The notes beneath the pieces are model-generated. The model saw only the letters and a program-made list of their open reading frames with translations, searched no databases and had not been told where the DNA came from. DNA of 63,366 nt, counting the filler. It is 3 parts of 3 records of this genome, joined end to end, with 100 filler letters (N's around TTAATTAATTAA, not from the genome) between each part and the next. Parts side by side here need not be neighbours in the genome. Positions count along the whole stretch, not along the records: positions 25,174 to 56,609 come from SRR20825006_1956; 2 more parts are not named here. One strand, written 5' to 3'. Below, in pieces: positions 38,806-50,213 of the stretch. Within the stretch, counting starts at the first letter, position 1, and each line of letters begins with the position of its first letter. The position numbers and the translations under genes are program-made.

Positions 38806-40599
38806 TCAATCGCGTAGCGCGGCCATGATTTCGGCGGGGTGGGTCAACTGAGGATAGTGACCCGCGCCGCCGATTTCGATCACGCGGCACCTCGCGGGAG
38901 CATCGCGGATCAGGCGATCGTGCTCGCCGACCACGATCGTCACCGGCACATCGAGCGTTTGCAGTGCTTCCGCGAGCTCATTTCGCACCCTGTCCTTTGA
39001 CGCCCACGCGAGCCATCGCGCGGTGTGTGACGCGACGCTCGGGCGCCTGATCAGGTCATATGCATCCTCGGTCAGGTGAGCATCGAGCGGGGCGCCGAGC
39101 AATCCTTCAAAGCGCTCGGCGCCGATGCGCCTGAGCGCGGCGCATGTCAACCAAGGTTGCCTGGCCATCATCCCCGGTTTGGACTGCAGAAAGAACGGCG
39201 AGACGAGCACCAGCTCGCTCACACGCTCCGGGTGTGCGCGCGCGTACTCGATGGCAAACGCAGTACCGAGCGAGTGCGCGATCACTCTTGGCGCCGTCGT
39301 GCTCTCTGCCAGCAGGCTCGTCATCCACTCGCCGCGCGTGCCGCCACCCGGAGCGCTCCTCCCCAACCCGGGAAGATCTGGCGCGATGTAGGGCTGCTCG
39401 AAGCGATCGGTGATCGCTGCCCAGCTCTGCTCGTTGAGCAAGAGCCCGTGCAGAAAGACCGCGCTCGGTGCGGTTGTATCACCCCTGACAAACACGCGCG
39501 CGCCGCCGACCTCGACGTGATGTCCGCCTCGCGGCGCGCGCTCGAGAAAGCGCGTGTCCAGCAGATGATCCACCCAACGGTCCAGGCATTCTTGCACGGG
39601 TGGGAGTTCGATCCCTGTGCGCGCAGCGAGCGCTCGCATCGGCGCCGGATCATAGCGGTCCTCGCTGATGAACGAGAGCGCCTCCGGGTCGAGGTTGGTG
39701 ATCGCCTTTGGCAACTTCGCGAGCACGCTGACAGGGATCGTGCGTCGCGGCGCGCGTACATCCATCCGCTGCGCCGCGCGCTCGAGCACCATCGGTAGCG
39801 TCGGCGTGTGCTCGTCGAAGACCACGATATGTGCTCCCCTCGACTCGGGATCATCGGGGATGGCCGCGAGCATCTTCGCCAGAATATCCACGGCGATCAC
39901 GGGCATCCAGGTCTCGCTCGATCCCGCCATCACTGGCAGCTCGCGTGACCACATCGCCTGGATGACCTCGGCCAGACCGGTCATCTGGGTAGTCTCGCCA
40001 GTCTCACTGTCGCCAATCACGATCGCTGGGCTGACGCGTGTAAGCGGCACCTCGTGGCGTGCGGCGGCGCGTCGAACGCGCTCGTGAGCCTCGATCTTCG
40101 AGGCCTCATAGGAGCCATGGCTCTTATAAAAGTGAGCCAGCGCTGCCTCGTCATCGACATCCAGGACGCGCGCTTCGCCGCCCTCGGTGCGATAGCCGCT
40201 GATATGAATGAAGCGCTCGAGGTTGTGGTTCTTCGCGGCGAGCTCGACGAGTTGTTCTGTGGCGAGCACGTTGCAGGTTCTGGCGTCCTCGACCGAGAGC
40301 CCGAAGCCAAACAACGCCGCTGTATGATAGATCACGCGCGCTCGCTCGAGCGCCTGTTTGCCATCGGAGTCGAGCCCGAGATCAGGTGCTGCCAGATCGA
40401 GCGCGCTCACCTCGAGCAGCTCGGGATCTCCTCCGTGTGTGGCGAGCCACTCGCGCAGCTCCGGCGCGCGATCCTCTGGGCGACGCACGAGCGCCATCAC
40501 CGCCACCCCGTTCGAGGTGAGCTCCGTGATCAGCCAGCGTCCAATGAAGCCATTGGCTCCTGTCACGACGGCGAAGTTTGTATGTAGACCGGTTGTCAT
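38806..40599 (-). CDS. Fusion of extended-SDR (thioester reductase-like) and alpha/beta hydrolase
   Basis: VTGANGFIG and YEASK in the N half; FLHGLL, DLPGLG, AHSLG, GAGHYP in the C half. Confidence 0.88.
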   Translation of the reverse strand: MTTGLHTNFAVVTGANGFIGRWLITELTSNGVAVMALVRRPEDRAPELREWLATHGGDPELLEVSALDLAAPDLGLDSDGKQALERARVIYHTAALFGFGLSVEDARTCNVLATEQLVELAAKNHNLERFIHISGYRTEGGEARVLDVDDEAALAHFYKSHGSYEASKIEAHERVRRAAARHEVPLTRVSPAIVIGDSETGETTQMTGLAEVIQAMWSRELPVMAGSSETWMPVIAVDILAKMLAAIPDDPESRGAHIVVFDEHTPTLPMVLERAAQRMDVRAPRRTIPVSVLAKLPKAITNLDPEALSFISEDRYDPAPMRALAARTGIELPPVQECLDRWVDHLLDTRFLERAPRGGHHVEVGGARVFVRGDTTAPSAVFLHGLLLNEQSWAAITDRFEQPYIAPDLPGLGRSAPGGGTRGEWMTSLLAESTTAPRVIAHSLGTAFAIEYARAHPERVSELVLVSPFFLQSKPGMMARQPWLTCAALRRIGAERFEGLLGAPLDAHLTEDAYDLIRRPSVASHTARWLAWASKDRVRNELAEALQTLDVPVTIVVGEHDRLIRDAPARCRVIEIGGAGHYPQLTHPAEIMAALRD

Positions 40600-40602
40600 A
40601 AT
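40585..40602 (-). promoter_or_regulatory. LmrA/YxaF-like TetR operator 1
   Basis: Minus strand ATTATGACAACCGGTCTA, overlapping the SDR start codon; near-copy at 41318. Confidence 0.7.
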
Positions 40603-40702
40603 TTTGTCCTGAAAGAAAGTGCAGTTAATGTGCGTGTTACTCACACGGCGTGCGCATGAAACGACGGTGGGTGATTTTTTGAGTCTTTCGAGTTTCGGTG
40701 TT

Positions 40703-41272
40703 TTAGGTCGGCAAGAGACGACCGAGCGAGGACCTGAGATCGCGGATCGGTCCTCCATCGCCATAGGCTCGCGCGAGGATCTGCGCGCCCTCGAGCATGG
40801 AGACAAGCGAGCGCGCCAGCGCGCTCGCTTCCTTGTCTGGGAAGCCCTCGACCACGAGGTGTGCGGTGAGCAGCGAGCGCCAGCGCTCGAATGCTTGCCT
40901 GGCAGCGTCGCGAAGCTCCGGTGATACAGACGCCGCCTCCACCGAGATGGCCATCACGGGACACCCCGATTCACACTCGCCAAGATCCGCCTGCGTGGCG
41001 AACTCGTCGAGCAACCTCGCCAGGCCCTCCATCGCGCTCGAGGTCTCCTTGAAGGCGCGCCGCATCTGCGCGACGACTTCCTCGGTGTGCTGCTCGACGA
41101 CCTCGCGCGCGAGCTCCTCCTTGCCGCCCGGGAAGTGATAATAGAGCGATCCCCTCGGGGTCCCGCTCTCCTCGATGATCTGCTTTAACCCCGTGGCGCT
41201 AAACCCCTGGGTGCGAAACAGGCGCGAGGCCTCTTCCACGATCTTGCTCTTTGTACGCTCGCCCTTGGTCAT
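40703..41272 (-). CDS. TetR/AcrR regulator, LmrA/YxaF-like
   Basis: GFSATGLKQIIEESGTPRGSLYYHFPGGKEEL, GCP, EGA. Confidence 0.93.
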   Translation of the reverse strand: MTKGERTKSKIVEEASRLFRTQGFSATGLKQIIEESGTPRGSLYYHFPGGKEELAREVVEQHTEEVVAQMRRAFKETSSAMEGLARLLDEFATQADLGECESGCPVMAISVEAASVSPELRDAARQAFERWRSLLTAHLVVEGFPDKEASALARSLVSMLEGAQILARAYGDGGPIRDLRSSLGRLLPT

Positions 41273-41317
41273 CTCGACGTATCCCTGAATGAGTTCGGGA
41301 GTGTTCGAAATAAAAAG

Positions 41318-41335
41318 TAGACCGGTCATCATAAA
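41318..41335 (-). promoter_or_regulatory. LmrA/YxaF-like TetR operator 2 (autoregulation)
   Basis: Minus strand TTTATGATGACCGGTCTA, about 45 nt upstream of tetR. Confidence 0.7.
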
Positions 41336-41446
41336 AGGCAAGCGATGAGGGCAAGGAAAATCACCGCTCCGTTGTCGTTGTCGACAGCGACCGCGAGTAG
41401 TTCGCCAACTTTGGGGGGACGAAGAGGTGGTTCGCGGACCTCTCGC

Positions 41447-41531
41447 CCAGACCGTTTTGGGGCCATTTTTTTGCTGCCGGATGTCGAACGAACAATCCGG
41501 GTATCAAAAAAATGGCCCCAAAACGGTCTGG
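41447..41531. repeat. Perfect 26-bp inverted repeat with 33-nt partly paired spacer
   Basis: CCAGACCGTTTTGGGGCCATTTTTTT ... AAAAAAATGGCCCCAAAACGGTCTGG. Confidence 0.95.
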
Positions 41532-41559
41532 CCACCGTGGGGGTGGCGCGCGCACTTTT

Positions 41560-42525
41560 TCAGTCGTTTTCTTCGAGCCAGGTCAGGATTCTCTTGCGGT
41601 CAAAGGGGTAGATGCCGCGTTCTCCGAGAAAGTCGATGATCGGATCGAGCAGGACGATGTAGTTGGCGGCTAGCTCGGCCGCGTGTCGCTCCTGCTCGTA
41701 CCAATCACTCGAGAGGTAATCCTGTAGCTTGGGCGTGATCGGCGAGAGCATTGGCTCGAAGAACCACTCGGCGCGCTCGTTGGTTTGTTTGTCGATCAAC
41801 AGGCGCTCCTTGACCGCCCATGACTTGGCCGCGAGGTGCAGGTGCGCTGGCAGAGTGCTTTGATCGATGGCGGCGTCGAGCGCGCTCGCGAGCGCGTCGA
41901 ATCGACCCTCGTAGTGAGGATCCATATAGGAGAAGTTCTGCGAGTAGAGCAGCGCGTTGTGGAAGAATGAGGGGACGGTCGCCAGGCCAGCGAGCCCGAT
42001 CCTGAGGCAGACATTGCGCAACAGCTCGAAGATATTCTCGGCCAGGCCAGAGCCCCGGTGTCGCTGCCCCGGGAGCGGTGGACGGCGCGCGTCGAATACA
42101 CCCAGTGGGTTTTGCAGCAGCAGCCACTCGATGCTCAGGATATTTGGCGAGGGCCCATCGAATTGTTCGCCGAGCTCTCCCGAGAGGTTGAGGTAGCTTC
42201 GCCTCGAGACGAGTTCGATGAGCGGCTCCGGGACCTTGGGGAGGATGCTGTGGATGCGCAGCAGGTGTTCGTCCGCGTCCTCGGTGCCTGTGCTGACGGT
42301 GAACTCCTCGTAGCCCAGGCGCCGGATCTCATCGAACAGGCCATAGCGCTCGAGCCCCACATGCAGCCCCTCGGCCGTATAGAACCCCATCCAGAGCTCG
42401 GTCATCGGCTCGAGCAGATCGCTCGGGTTAAAGTCGTCCAGCTCCAGAGCGCCTGTTTGCAACTCGGCGCGTCCCAGAGAGTGGAACACTCGTGCGTATC
42501 GTTTGCGTAGATCCTCTCGTGACAT
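41560..42525 (-). CDS. Conserved hypothetical protein, possibly GNAT-like
   Basis: IEWLLLQNP...RPPLPGQRHRGSGL...VPSFFHNA..Y; host codon usage. Confidence 0.7.
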   Translation of the reverse strand: MSREDLRKRYARVFHSLGRAELQTGALELDDFNPSDLLEPMTELWMGFYTAEGLHVGLERYGLFDEIRRLGYEEFTVSTGTEDADEHLLRIHSILPKVPEPLIELVSRRSYLNLSGELGEQFDGPSPNILSIEWLLLQNPLGVFDARRPPLPGQRHRGSGLAENIFELLRNVCLRIGLAGLATVPSFFHNALLYSQNFSYMDPHYEGRFDALASALDAAIDQSTLPAHLHLAAKSWAVKERLLIDKQTNERAEWFFEPMLSPITPKLQDYLSSDWYEQERHAAELAANYIVLLDPIIDFLGERGIYPFDRKRILTWLEEND

Positions 42526-42607
42526 CGTGGTGCTCGATGATCCCTTTGGGCGTGACCCCTACCTTTTAGTTGTGGTCTTCCCATCGAACGTTTTTAAATC
42601 ACAAACG

Positions 42608-43378
42608 TCAAGGGGTATCCGCAGTACGCGTCTTCACGTAGAACTCGCCAGACGGAGCGCCATAGATGGGAACACCAGACTCCATGCGCACGTAAGCGAT
42701 GCGATAAGCGTAAACCTTGCCTGGCTTTACGGTGCGGTCCAGATACGTCGACGCGTGCTCGAGTGGGAGGTTGCCGACGCGCTCGATACGCGGCGGCCGC
42801 TCCAGGACATCGCGACGAAACACCGCCACACCCCAACCTTGCAGCGGCTGCCACGAGAGCTCGACGAGCGTCGTGTCGAGGGCCATGGCCTTTGGCTCAC
42901 CGGGCGGTGCCGGAGGTTCTTGCCACGAGATCGCGATCGGCTTCGACGCCGCTTCGGCGTCCTCTTTTTCGCCGAGGAATCTGAGCAGGTAGGTGTAGCG
43001 ACTCCCTGGCGTCAGCCCGGTGTCGAGCAGTGAGATGCCGCCCTCGAGCATACGCTCGCGCATCGCTTCATCGAGCACGATCTCCTGCAAGACGATCGCC
43101 TGCTCGCCGTCTCTCGAACGCAACAGCTCGACCCGAGTCCAGCTCGGGTCGCGCGCGGACTCTTCGGAGTGAAAGAGGAGCAGGACCCCGCTCGGACGAG
43201 CTTCGGTGATCGTGAGCTCGGGGTCCGTGTTGCCTTGCTCGGGCGAAGGCTCGACCTGGGGTGGCCCGGGGGATTGCGTGAGGAGGGGAGAGAAGGACGC
43301 GCACCCGTACATCAGCGTGGCCACCACCGCGAGGGTGGTGGCCCTTGCCGAGAGCCTTGCGAGCCTCCAGTGGTCCAT
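42608..43378 (-). CDS. Putative lipoprotein with fibronectin type III domains
   Basis: Lipobox-like LMYGC; DTGLTPGSRYTY, VELSWQP, YLDRTVKPGKVYAYRI. Confidence 0.75.
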   Translation of the reverse strand: MDHWRLARLSARATTLAVVATLMYGCASFSPLLTQSPGPPQVEPSPEQGNTDPELTITEARPSGVLLLFHSEESARDPSWTRVELLRSRDGEQAIVLQEIVLDEAMRERMLEGGISLLDTGLTPGSRYTYLLRFLGEKEDAEAASKPIAISWQEPPAPPGEPKAMALDTTLVELSWQPLQGWGVAVFRRDVLERPPRIERVGNLPLEHASTYLDRTVKPGKVYAYRIAYVRMESGVPIYGAPSGEFYVKTRTADTP

Positions 43379-43380
43379 CT

Positions 43381-45561
43381 TTAGAACATCCAGTTCGCGT
43401 TAAACTGAACGGTCCAGGCGGTCGAGGGGTCCTGGTTTTCGGAGAACGCGGGCGCCTCCGAGCCAGGGATGGTCAGGCGAGGACGATCCACGCGCGCGCC
43501 CATTCCTTGCAGTGGGAAGAGCAGGCCGCCCTGTACGCCAGCGTGGAAGGAGTCCTTGAGGAAGAAACGGAACGCCGTGTCGACCTCGACGCCGAGCCAG
43601 GAGTTGTCACCTGCTGGCGTGCCGCCCATGTCGAAAGCGCGCGAGACGACCGTGTCGACATCCAGGCGCAGCTTGTACTCGTTGCGATCGAGGAACGTCG
43701 CCTCCATATGAGGCTTGAGGTAGTAGGCGTTGGTGACGGTCCCGATGACGCGGCGGAAGAGGATCAGGTCGACCTGATAATCGGGGTCGAAGCGGAAGAA
43801 GTCGAGGTCGCGACCGTTCATGTAATCGTCCGAGCCATAACCCCAGTTCGGCGCGTCGCCGCCCGAAGCGAAGCCGCCATCGAGGCCGAACGTGATCGGG
43901 CCGCCGACGGCGAACTCACTCTGGAGCGCGAGACCGAACTGACGGAAGTCTCGCGAGTTCCCCGTACAACGCTCGCTGTTCGCGTTGCGCACATCCTCGT
44001 TAAAGCAGTTGATGTCCGAGCTGTCCTCGTCCTCCTCGTTCGCCTGACCGACAGGGTTGTAGGTCTGGTTGTCGAGTTCGCCAAAGATCCCCATCGCCTC
44101 GAGCTCGATCTTCATGCTCGTCTTGGAGTTTGGCTGGTAGAGGAAGCGGCCCCAGGCGTTCCCGATGTACATCCTCATGCCGCGATAAATCAGCGCGTTC
44201 TCACTGTTCGGGTCGAGCCCGAACGGATCGGCGTAGGTGCCCTCCTGGCTGCGCCAGCTAAAGAGCGCGCCGCCGTTGACCACGGGCTTTCTGTCGACGG
44301 TGAGGCGCTTGCGTTGGCGCTCCTCCTCGGGCTTGGTGGCGGGCTCGTAGGAGACCGTCACGGTGTACTGCGAGATGTCATCGACCTGCGCCAGATCATA
44401 GGGCTGCCCGGCTGGCGTCTCGGCTCGTCGCGAGGTCAACCCTTCGCCAGGATAGTCCATCGAGAAGGAGCCGTTGATCCCCTTGAACGAGGAGCTCAAC
44501 TGCGCGCGATCGATCGAGTCACCAAAGTTGCAATCGGCGCAGTCGCCGCCGTTGTAAAACATCCCCAAGCCCCAGTGGTTATCCATGCGGCCGATGCGGA
44601 GCGATCCGAAGAAGCCAGTCAGCTCACCGTAGGCTTCTCCGACGGAGAGCGTGTTGGAGAACCACTCGCGCTCCCTGGTCGAGAACTGCCCGCTGCCCGC
44701 GAGGTTCCGGCTCGGGTCAGGGTGCAAGGGGTTGAGCGCGAGCCCGTTGACAGGGAGCGAGCCGAGCATCTGATTGCCAAGCAGGTCCGCCTCGATATGC
44801 AGGCGAATCCCCTCGGTGATCGAGAAGGTCGGCTCGAAGCGCGCCAACATGTCCGCGCTCCAGAGCGTGCGCGCGTCCGGGTCGACCGGGTTGCCCGTCG
44901 GCGTGTAGGTCTCTGCCGGTGGCAGGATCGCCGAGGTGCCCGTGGTGCCCAGGTGATAATTGATCGCGGCGATCTGACGGAAACGGAACATCCCGTCCCA
45001 TTCCACGTGAGGATACATCTCGGCGGGGAAGATCGGATCGACCGATTCCTCGTCGATGTCCTCGAGCGCCACGAAGCCATCATCCTGCGAATCGGCCAGA
45101 TCTGCGATCGGGCTCTCTTCAGCGGGTGGTGGTTCGAAGGGGGGCGGCTCCTCTGCTGGAGGAGGCGTCTTCTTCTCGGCCGGTTTTTTCACCGGCTTCT
45201 TCTCGGCGGGTGGTTTTTCGGCGGGAGGTCTGGTCTGTTCGCCATCCCCTCCGTCCGCGTCCGCGTCGCCATCCGCGTCGCCATCTGCGGCGTCGCCGTC
45301 TGAATCAGCGTCAGCCGTTTCAGCAGGCTTCTTGTCGCCTTCACCCTGGGGCTTTTTCTCGCCCTCCTTTTCATCAGCGCCCTCGCCCTCCTTCTTCTCG
45401 GGGGCGGTTTCGGGCTTTTCGCCGGGCTTCTCCTCGCCGTTTTCATCGGCTTCTGGTGAGGTCTCCGGTGGGGAGTCGCTCCCCCCCTGAGCCAGGGCCG
45501 AGCCTGCTGGGAAGCTGGCCAGCGCCAGTGCGAGGATGCATCGAGGAAACCATCTATTCAT
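43381..45561 (-). CDS. TIGR04551-family outer-membrane beta-barrel (myxobacterial type)
   Basis: Signal peptide, P/E/K-rich linker, GRMDNHWGLGMFYNGGDCADCNFGDSIDR, FRFDPDYQVDLILFR, terminal F. Confidence 0.8.
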   Translation of the reverse strand: MNRWFPRCILALALASFPAGSALAQGGSDSPPETSPEADENGEEKPGEKPETAPEKKEGEGADEKEGEKKPQGEGDKKPAETADADSDGDAADGDADGDADADGGDGEQTRPPAEKPPAEKKPVKKPAEKKTPPPAEEPPPFEPPPAEESPIADLADSQDDGFVALEDIDEESVDPIFPAEMYPHVEWDGMFRFRQIAAINYHLGTTGTSAILPPAETYTPTGNPVDPDARTLWSADMLARFEPTFSITEGIRLHIEADLLGNQMLGSLPVNGLALNPLHPDPSRNLAGSGQFSTREREWFSNTLSVGEAYGELTGFFGSLRIGRMDNHWGLGMFYNGGDCADCNFGDSIDRAQLSSSFKGINGSFSMDYPGEGLTSRRAETPAGQPYDLAQVDDISQYTVTVSYEPATKPEEERQRKRLTVDRKPVVNGGALFSWRSQEGTYADPFGLDPNSENALIYRGMRMYIGNAWGRFLYQPNSKTSMKIELEAMGIFGELDNQTYNPVGQANEEDEDSSDINCFNEDVRNANSERCTGNSRDFRQFGLALQSEFAVGGPITFGLDGGFASGGDAPNWGYGSDDYMNGRDLDFFRFDPDYQVDLILFRRVIGTVTNAYYLKPHMEATFLDRNEYKLRLDVDTVVSRAFDMGGTPAGDNSWLGVEVDTAFRFFLKDSFHAGVQGGLLFPLQGMGARVDRPRLTIPGSEAPAFSENQDPSTAWTVQFNANWMF

Positions 45562-45607
45562 GAGCCAATATCCGGGTTCTGACAAACAAGACAGAGAAAG
45601 CGCGCGG

Positions 45608-45637
45608 AACGTAGCACGCCCATTTTTTGAGTGTCAA
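45608..45637 (-). promoter_or_regulatory. Sigma70-like promoter for the barrel-lipoprotein genes
   Basis: Minus strand TTGACA-N18-TACGTT with extended -10 TG. Confidence 0.5.
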
Positions 45638-45851
45638 GAAGGGCGCAAACCCCGCTTTCAATGCGAAGAATCGCGCTCTCGTGAGCCCGTATCCCCGGGC
45701 TCCTTCATGGGTCACTCGCTTGATTGAGTCTCGCGAGAGGTTGGATTTTGTGCGAAGAGTTGCAGCCAGGGCGCGCTTTATCCATGTGGCGCATCCCCTT
45801 TTATCATCGCCGCCGTCGAGCGGACACCCGACCGGATAAGGAGAGGCAACC

Positions 45852-46262
45852 ATGTTTGATAAGATCGATCACATCGGCATCGCGGTCCATTCCATCGAAA
45901 ATAGCGCGCCGCTCTACCGCGACACCTTCGGGATGGAGTATCTGGGCGAGGATGTCGTCGAGGCGCAAGGGGTCAAGGTCGCCTTCTTTCAGGTCGGCGA
46001 GTCGATGATCGAGCTGCTCGAACCCCTGAACGATACGGGGCCGATCGCGAAGTTTTTGGAGAAGAACGGGGAGGGCGTCCACCACGTGGCGCTCGGGTGC
46101 GCCGACATCGAGGAGACGCGCGCCACGCTCGAGAGCAAGAGCATCCGCCTGCTCTCTGATAAGCCGCTCGATGGTGCTCACGGCAAGCTCATCACCTTCA
46201 TGCATCCAAAGGACACGGGCCGCGTGCTGCTCGAGATGACGCAGCGCAAAGAGGACCACTGA
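45852..46262 (+). CDS. mce: Methylmalonyl-CoA epimerase
   Basis: IDHIGIAV, IELLEP, KFLEK.GEG.HHVAL, GAHG...F.HPKDTG.VL.E. Confidence 0.95.
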   Translation: MFDKIDHIGIAVHSIENSAPLYRDTFGMEYLGEDVVEAQGVKVAFFQVGESMIELLEPLNDTGPIAKFLEKNGEGVHHVALGCADIEETRATLESKSIRLLSDKPLDGAHGKLITFMHPKDTGRVLLEMTQRKEDH

Positions 46263-46274
46263 GCCCTGCCTCCT

Positions 46275-46865
46275 TCAGTTCGCCTCGAGCTGTTTGACCA
46301 CGCGGTCGAGCTCTGCGGCGAGCTGCGCCTGCGTCTCGGTTGGCCACCGCTTTGCCAGAAACGCGTCCGCCAGCGCGCGGTAGTACCAGAGTGATTGATC
46401 CCTGCTCGCCTTGAAGCGATCCCAGATCTCATCGCCGATGACGTTCAGGTCGCGAAGGATCGTGCGCGCGTTGTAGAGCTTGTCCGCCACCGAGATAAGC
46501 AATGATGGATCTGCATCCTCGGCCTCCTCGACGTGCGCGATATAGGATCGCTTGCGATCCTCCCACGGCGGCTTCGGGTGAACCTCTGTGTCGCTGACGG
46601 CCTGGACCATCGCGAGCACATCCTCTCCATAGCGCGCGGTGATCTCATCGGGGAGATCGGGGCGCGTCTTGATGCAGTCCTCGATCGCGTCGTGGAGCAG
46701 GGCGCCGATGACTTGCGATTCGCTCCCGCCGTGATCGCCCACGAGCGCGGCGACGCCGATAAGGTGTGTGATGTAGGGGACGCCCGAGCCCTTGCGCGTT
46801 TGCTCGGAGTGGAGCTCGGTGGCGAATTGGAGCGCGTCAGCGAAGCGCTCGGAATAACCGCTCAT
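46275..46865 (-). CDS. HD domain protein, RelA/SpoT-hydrolase (Mesh1/SAH)-like
   Basis: H..Q.RKGSGVPYITHL, ALLHDAIED, ADKLYN. Confidence 0.88.
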   Translation of the reverse strand: MSGYSERFADALQFATELHSEQTRKGSGVPYITHLIGVAALVGDHGGSESQVIGALLHDAIEDCIKTRPDLPDEITARYGEDVLAMVQAVSDTEVHPKPPWEDRKRSYIAHVEEAEDADPSLLISVADKLYNARTILRDLNVIGDEIWDRFKASRDQSLWYYRALADAFLAKRWPTETQAQLAAELDRVVKQLEAN

Positions 46866-47593
46866 GATTCTTCCTCGTCGGTGTCTGTGTCAGTGGCGGA
46901 GATCTTCTTTTGACCATGGACGCAGAGTGACAAAAGCACGCAGCTCTCGCAAGCGGGAGAGCGCGCGTGGCAGGTGCGCCGCCCGTGCCAGATCATGGCC
47001 ACGTGCGCCGGGTCATGGTCTCCTTCTGGGATGTGCGGCAGGAGCGCCTCGTGGGCTTTCGTGTCCGAGAGCGTCGGCGAGATCCAGCCAAGCCTCCTGG
47101 CGAGCCTGAGGATGTGCGTGTCCATGGCAAACAGCGGCATCTGGGCGGCGCGCATCAGCACGAACGCCGCGGTCTTTGGCCCCACGCCCTTCATCGAGCG
47201 CAGGTAGCGCTCCGCTTTCTTGACCTCCCAGGTCCGCAAGTCCTCGAGCGAGTGCTCGCCGAAGTCTTCGTACACCTTCTCCAAAATCGCCTGGATTCTT
47301 GGCGCCTTCTGGTTCGAGAGCCCGCCGATGGCGATGGCGTCAGCGACCTCGTCGACGTCTGCATCCTGGACCTGTTGCCAGTCTCCCTGGAACCTGTCGA
47401 CGAGATCGCCAAAGGCTCTGTCGGAGTTGGCGTTGTTGGTCGACTGCGAGAGGATCGTCGCGACCAGAGTCGCGAGGATGTCGTCCTCAGGTTCGGGCGC
47501 AGGTTTGCCGTAAGCGTCGTAGAGAAGCTCGAGGACGGTGTCGATATCGGGCGTGAGCTGGAATCTGTCGTCGGGTTTACTGGTTGATGACAT
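46862..47593 (-). CDS. nth: Endonuclease III family DNA glycosylase
   Basis: ILSQST, HhH KGVGPKTA, DTH, 4Fe-4S motif C-x6-C-x2-C-x5-C. Confidence 0.88.
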   Translation of the reverse strand: MSSTSKPDDRFQLTPDIDTVLELLYDAYGKPAPEPEDDILATLVATILSQSTNNANSDRAFGDLVDRFQGDWQQVQDADVDEVADAIAIGGLSNQKAPRIQAILEKVYEDFGEHSLEDLRTWEVKKAERYLRSMKGVGPKTAAFVLMRAAQMPLFAMDTHILRLARRLGWISPTLSDTKAHEALLPHIPEGDHDPAHVAMIWHGRRTCHARSPACESCVLLSLCVHGQKKISATDTDTDEEES

Positions 47594-48029
47594 GACGAAT
47601 GTTCCTCTCTCTCGCATCGCTGATTCCAGGATAAACGGGTGAATGGCGGTGATGTCCCGGCGTGATTTCTTCGAGGCGAATCTCGCCCATCGAGCATCAC
47701 ATACAGTGCGACGCCAGACCGCACGAACATCGATGCGAGCAGGGCGCGGCGGTTTCGTCAAACGCGGATCGAATTTGAGAACGGGCTTGCTTGTACTCGC
47801 CGAACAGAGGGAGTATCGTAGCGGCCCAATCCCCATGCCTGTCCTGAATCAATCCCTCGACAGAGGTGGATTCTTCAGAGCGACATTTCTTTTTCAGACT
47901 CACCATGATGGCTGCGCATATTTTCCCTCCTGCCACGAGCCCTGACTTCCCCGAAGTGGAAGGGCACAGACTCGATGGCGGCGCGTGGGTGAAGGCGCAA
48001 GAAACTCGAGCAAAGGGCAATCCGAAAAG

Positions 48030-50081
<2,052 letters not shown>

Positions 50082-50111
50082 GACGCTCACAGTGTGACCA
50101 CTGTGCCCGGC

Positions 50112-50164
50112 CGACGAGCCGGGTGGCGCGGCATGTGTCACATGCCGCGCCACCCGGCTCGTCG
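50112..50164. repeat. Perfect 53-bp palindrome (26-bp arms, 1-nt centre)
   Basis: CGACGAGCCGGGTGGCGCGGCATGTG-T-CACATGCCGCGCCACCCGGCTCGTCG between prkA and yeaH. Confidence 0.97.
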
Positions 50165-50213
50165 ACAACGATGCACATTCACCATCTCCTCACCACCCCG
50201 AGCAGATAAGCCC

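Noticed and set aside
40600-40806. Longer starts for the SDR fusion (40806) and tetR (41341), both containing M-x-T-G-L
   Set aside because: The shared peptide only reflects the shared operator DNA; the SDR extension overlaps tetR, and neither extension shows recognisable family homology
45180-45440. Low-complexity repeats in the barrel gene
   Set aside because: They encode a P/E/K/D-rich linker; not an independent repeat element
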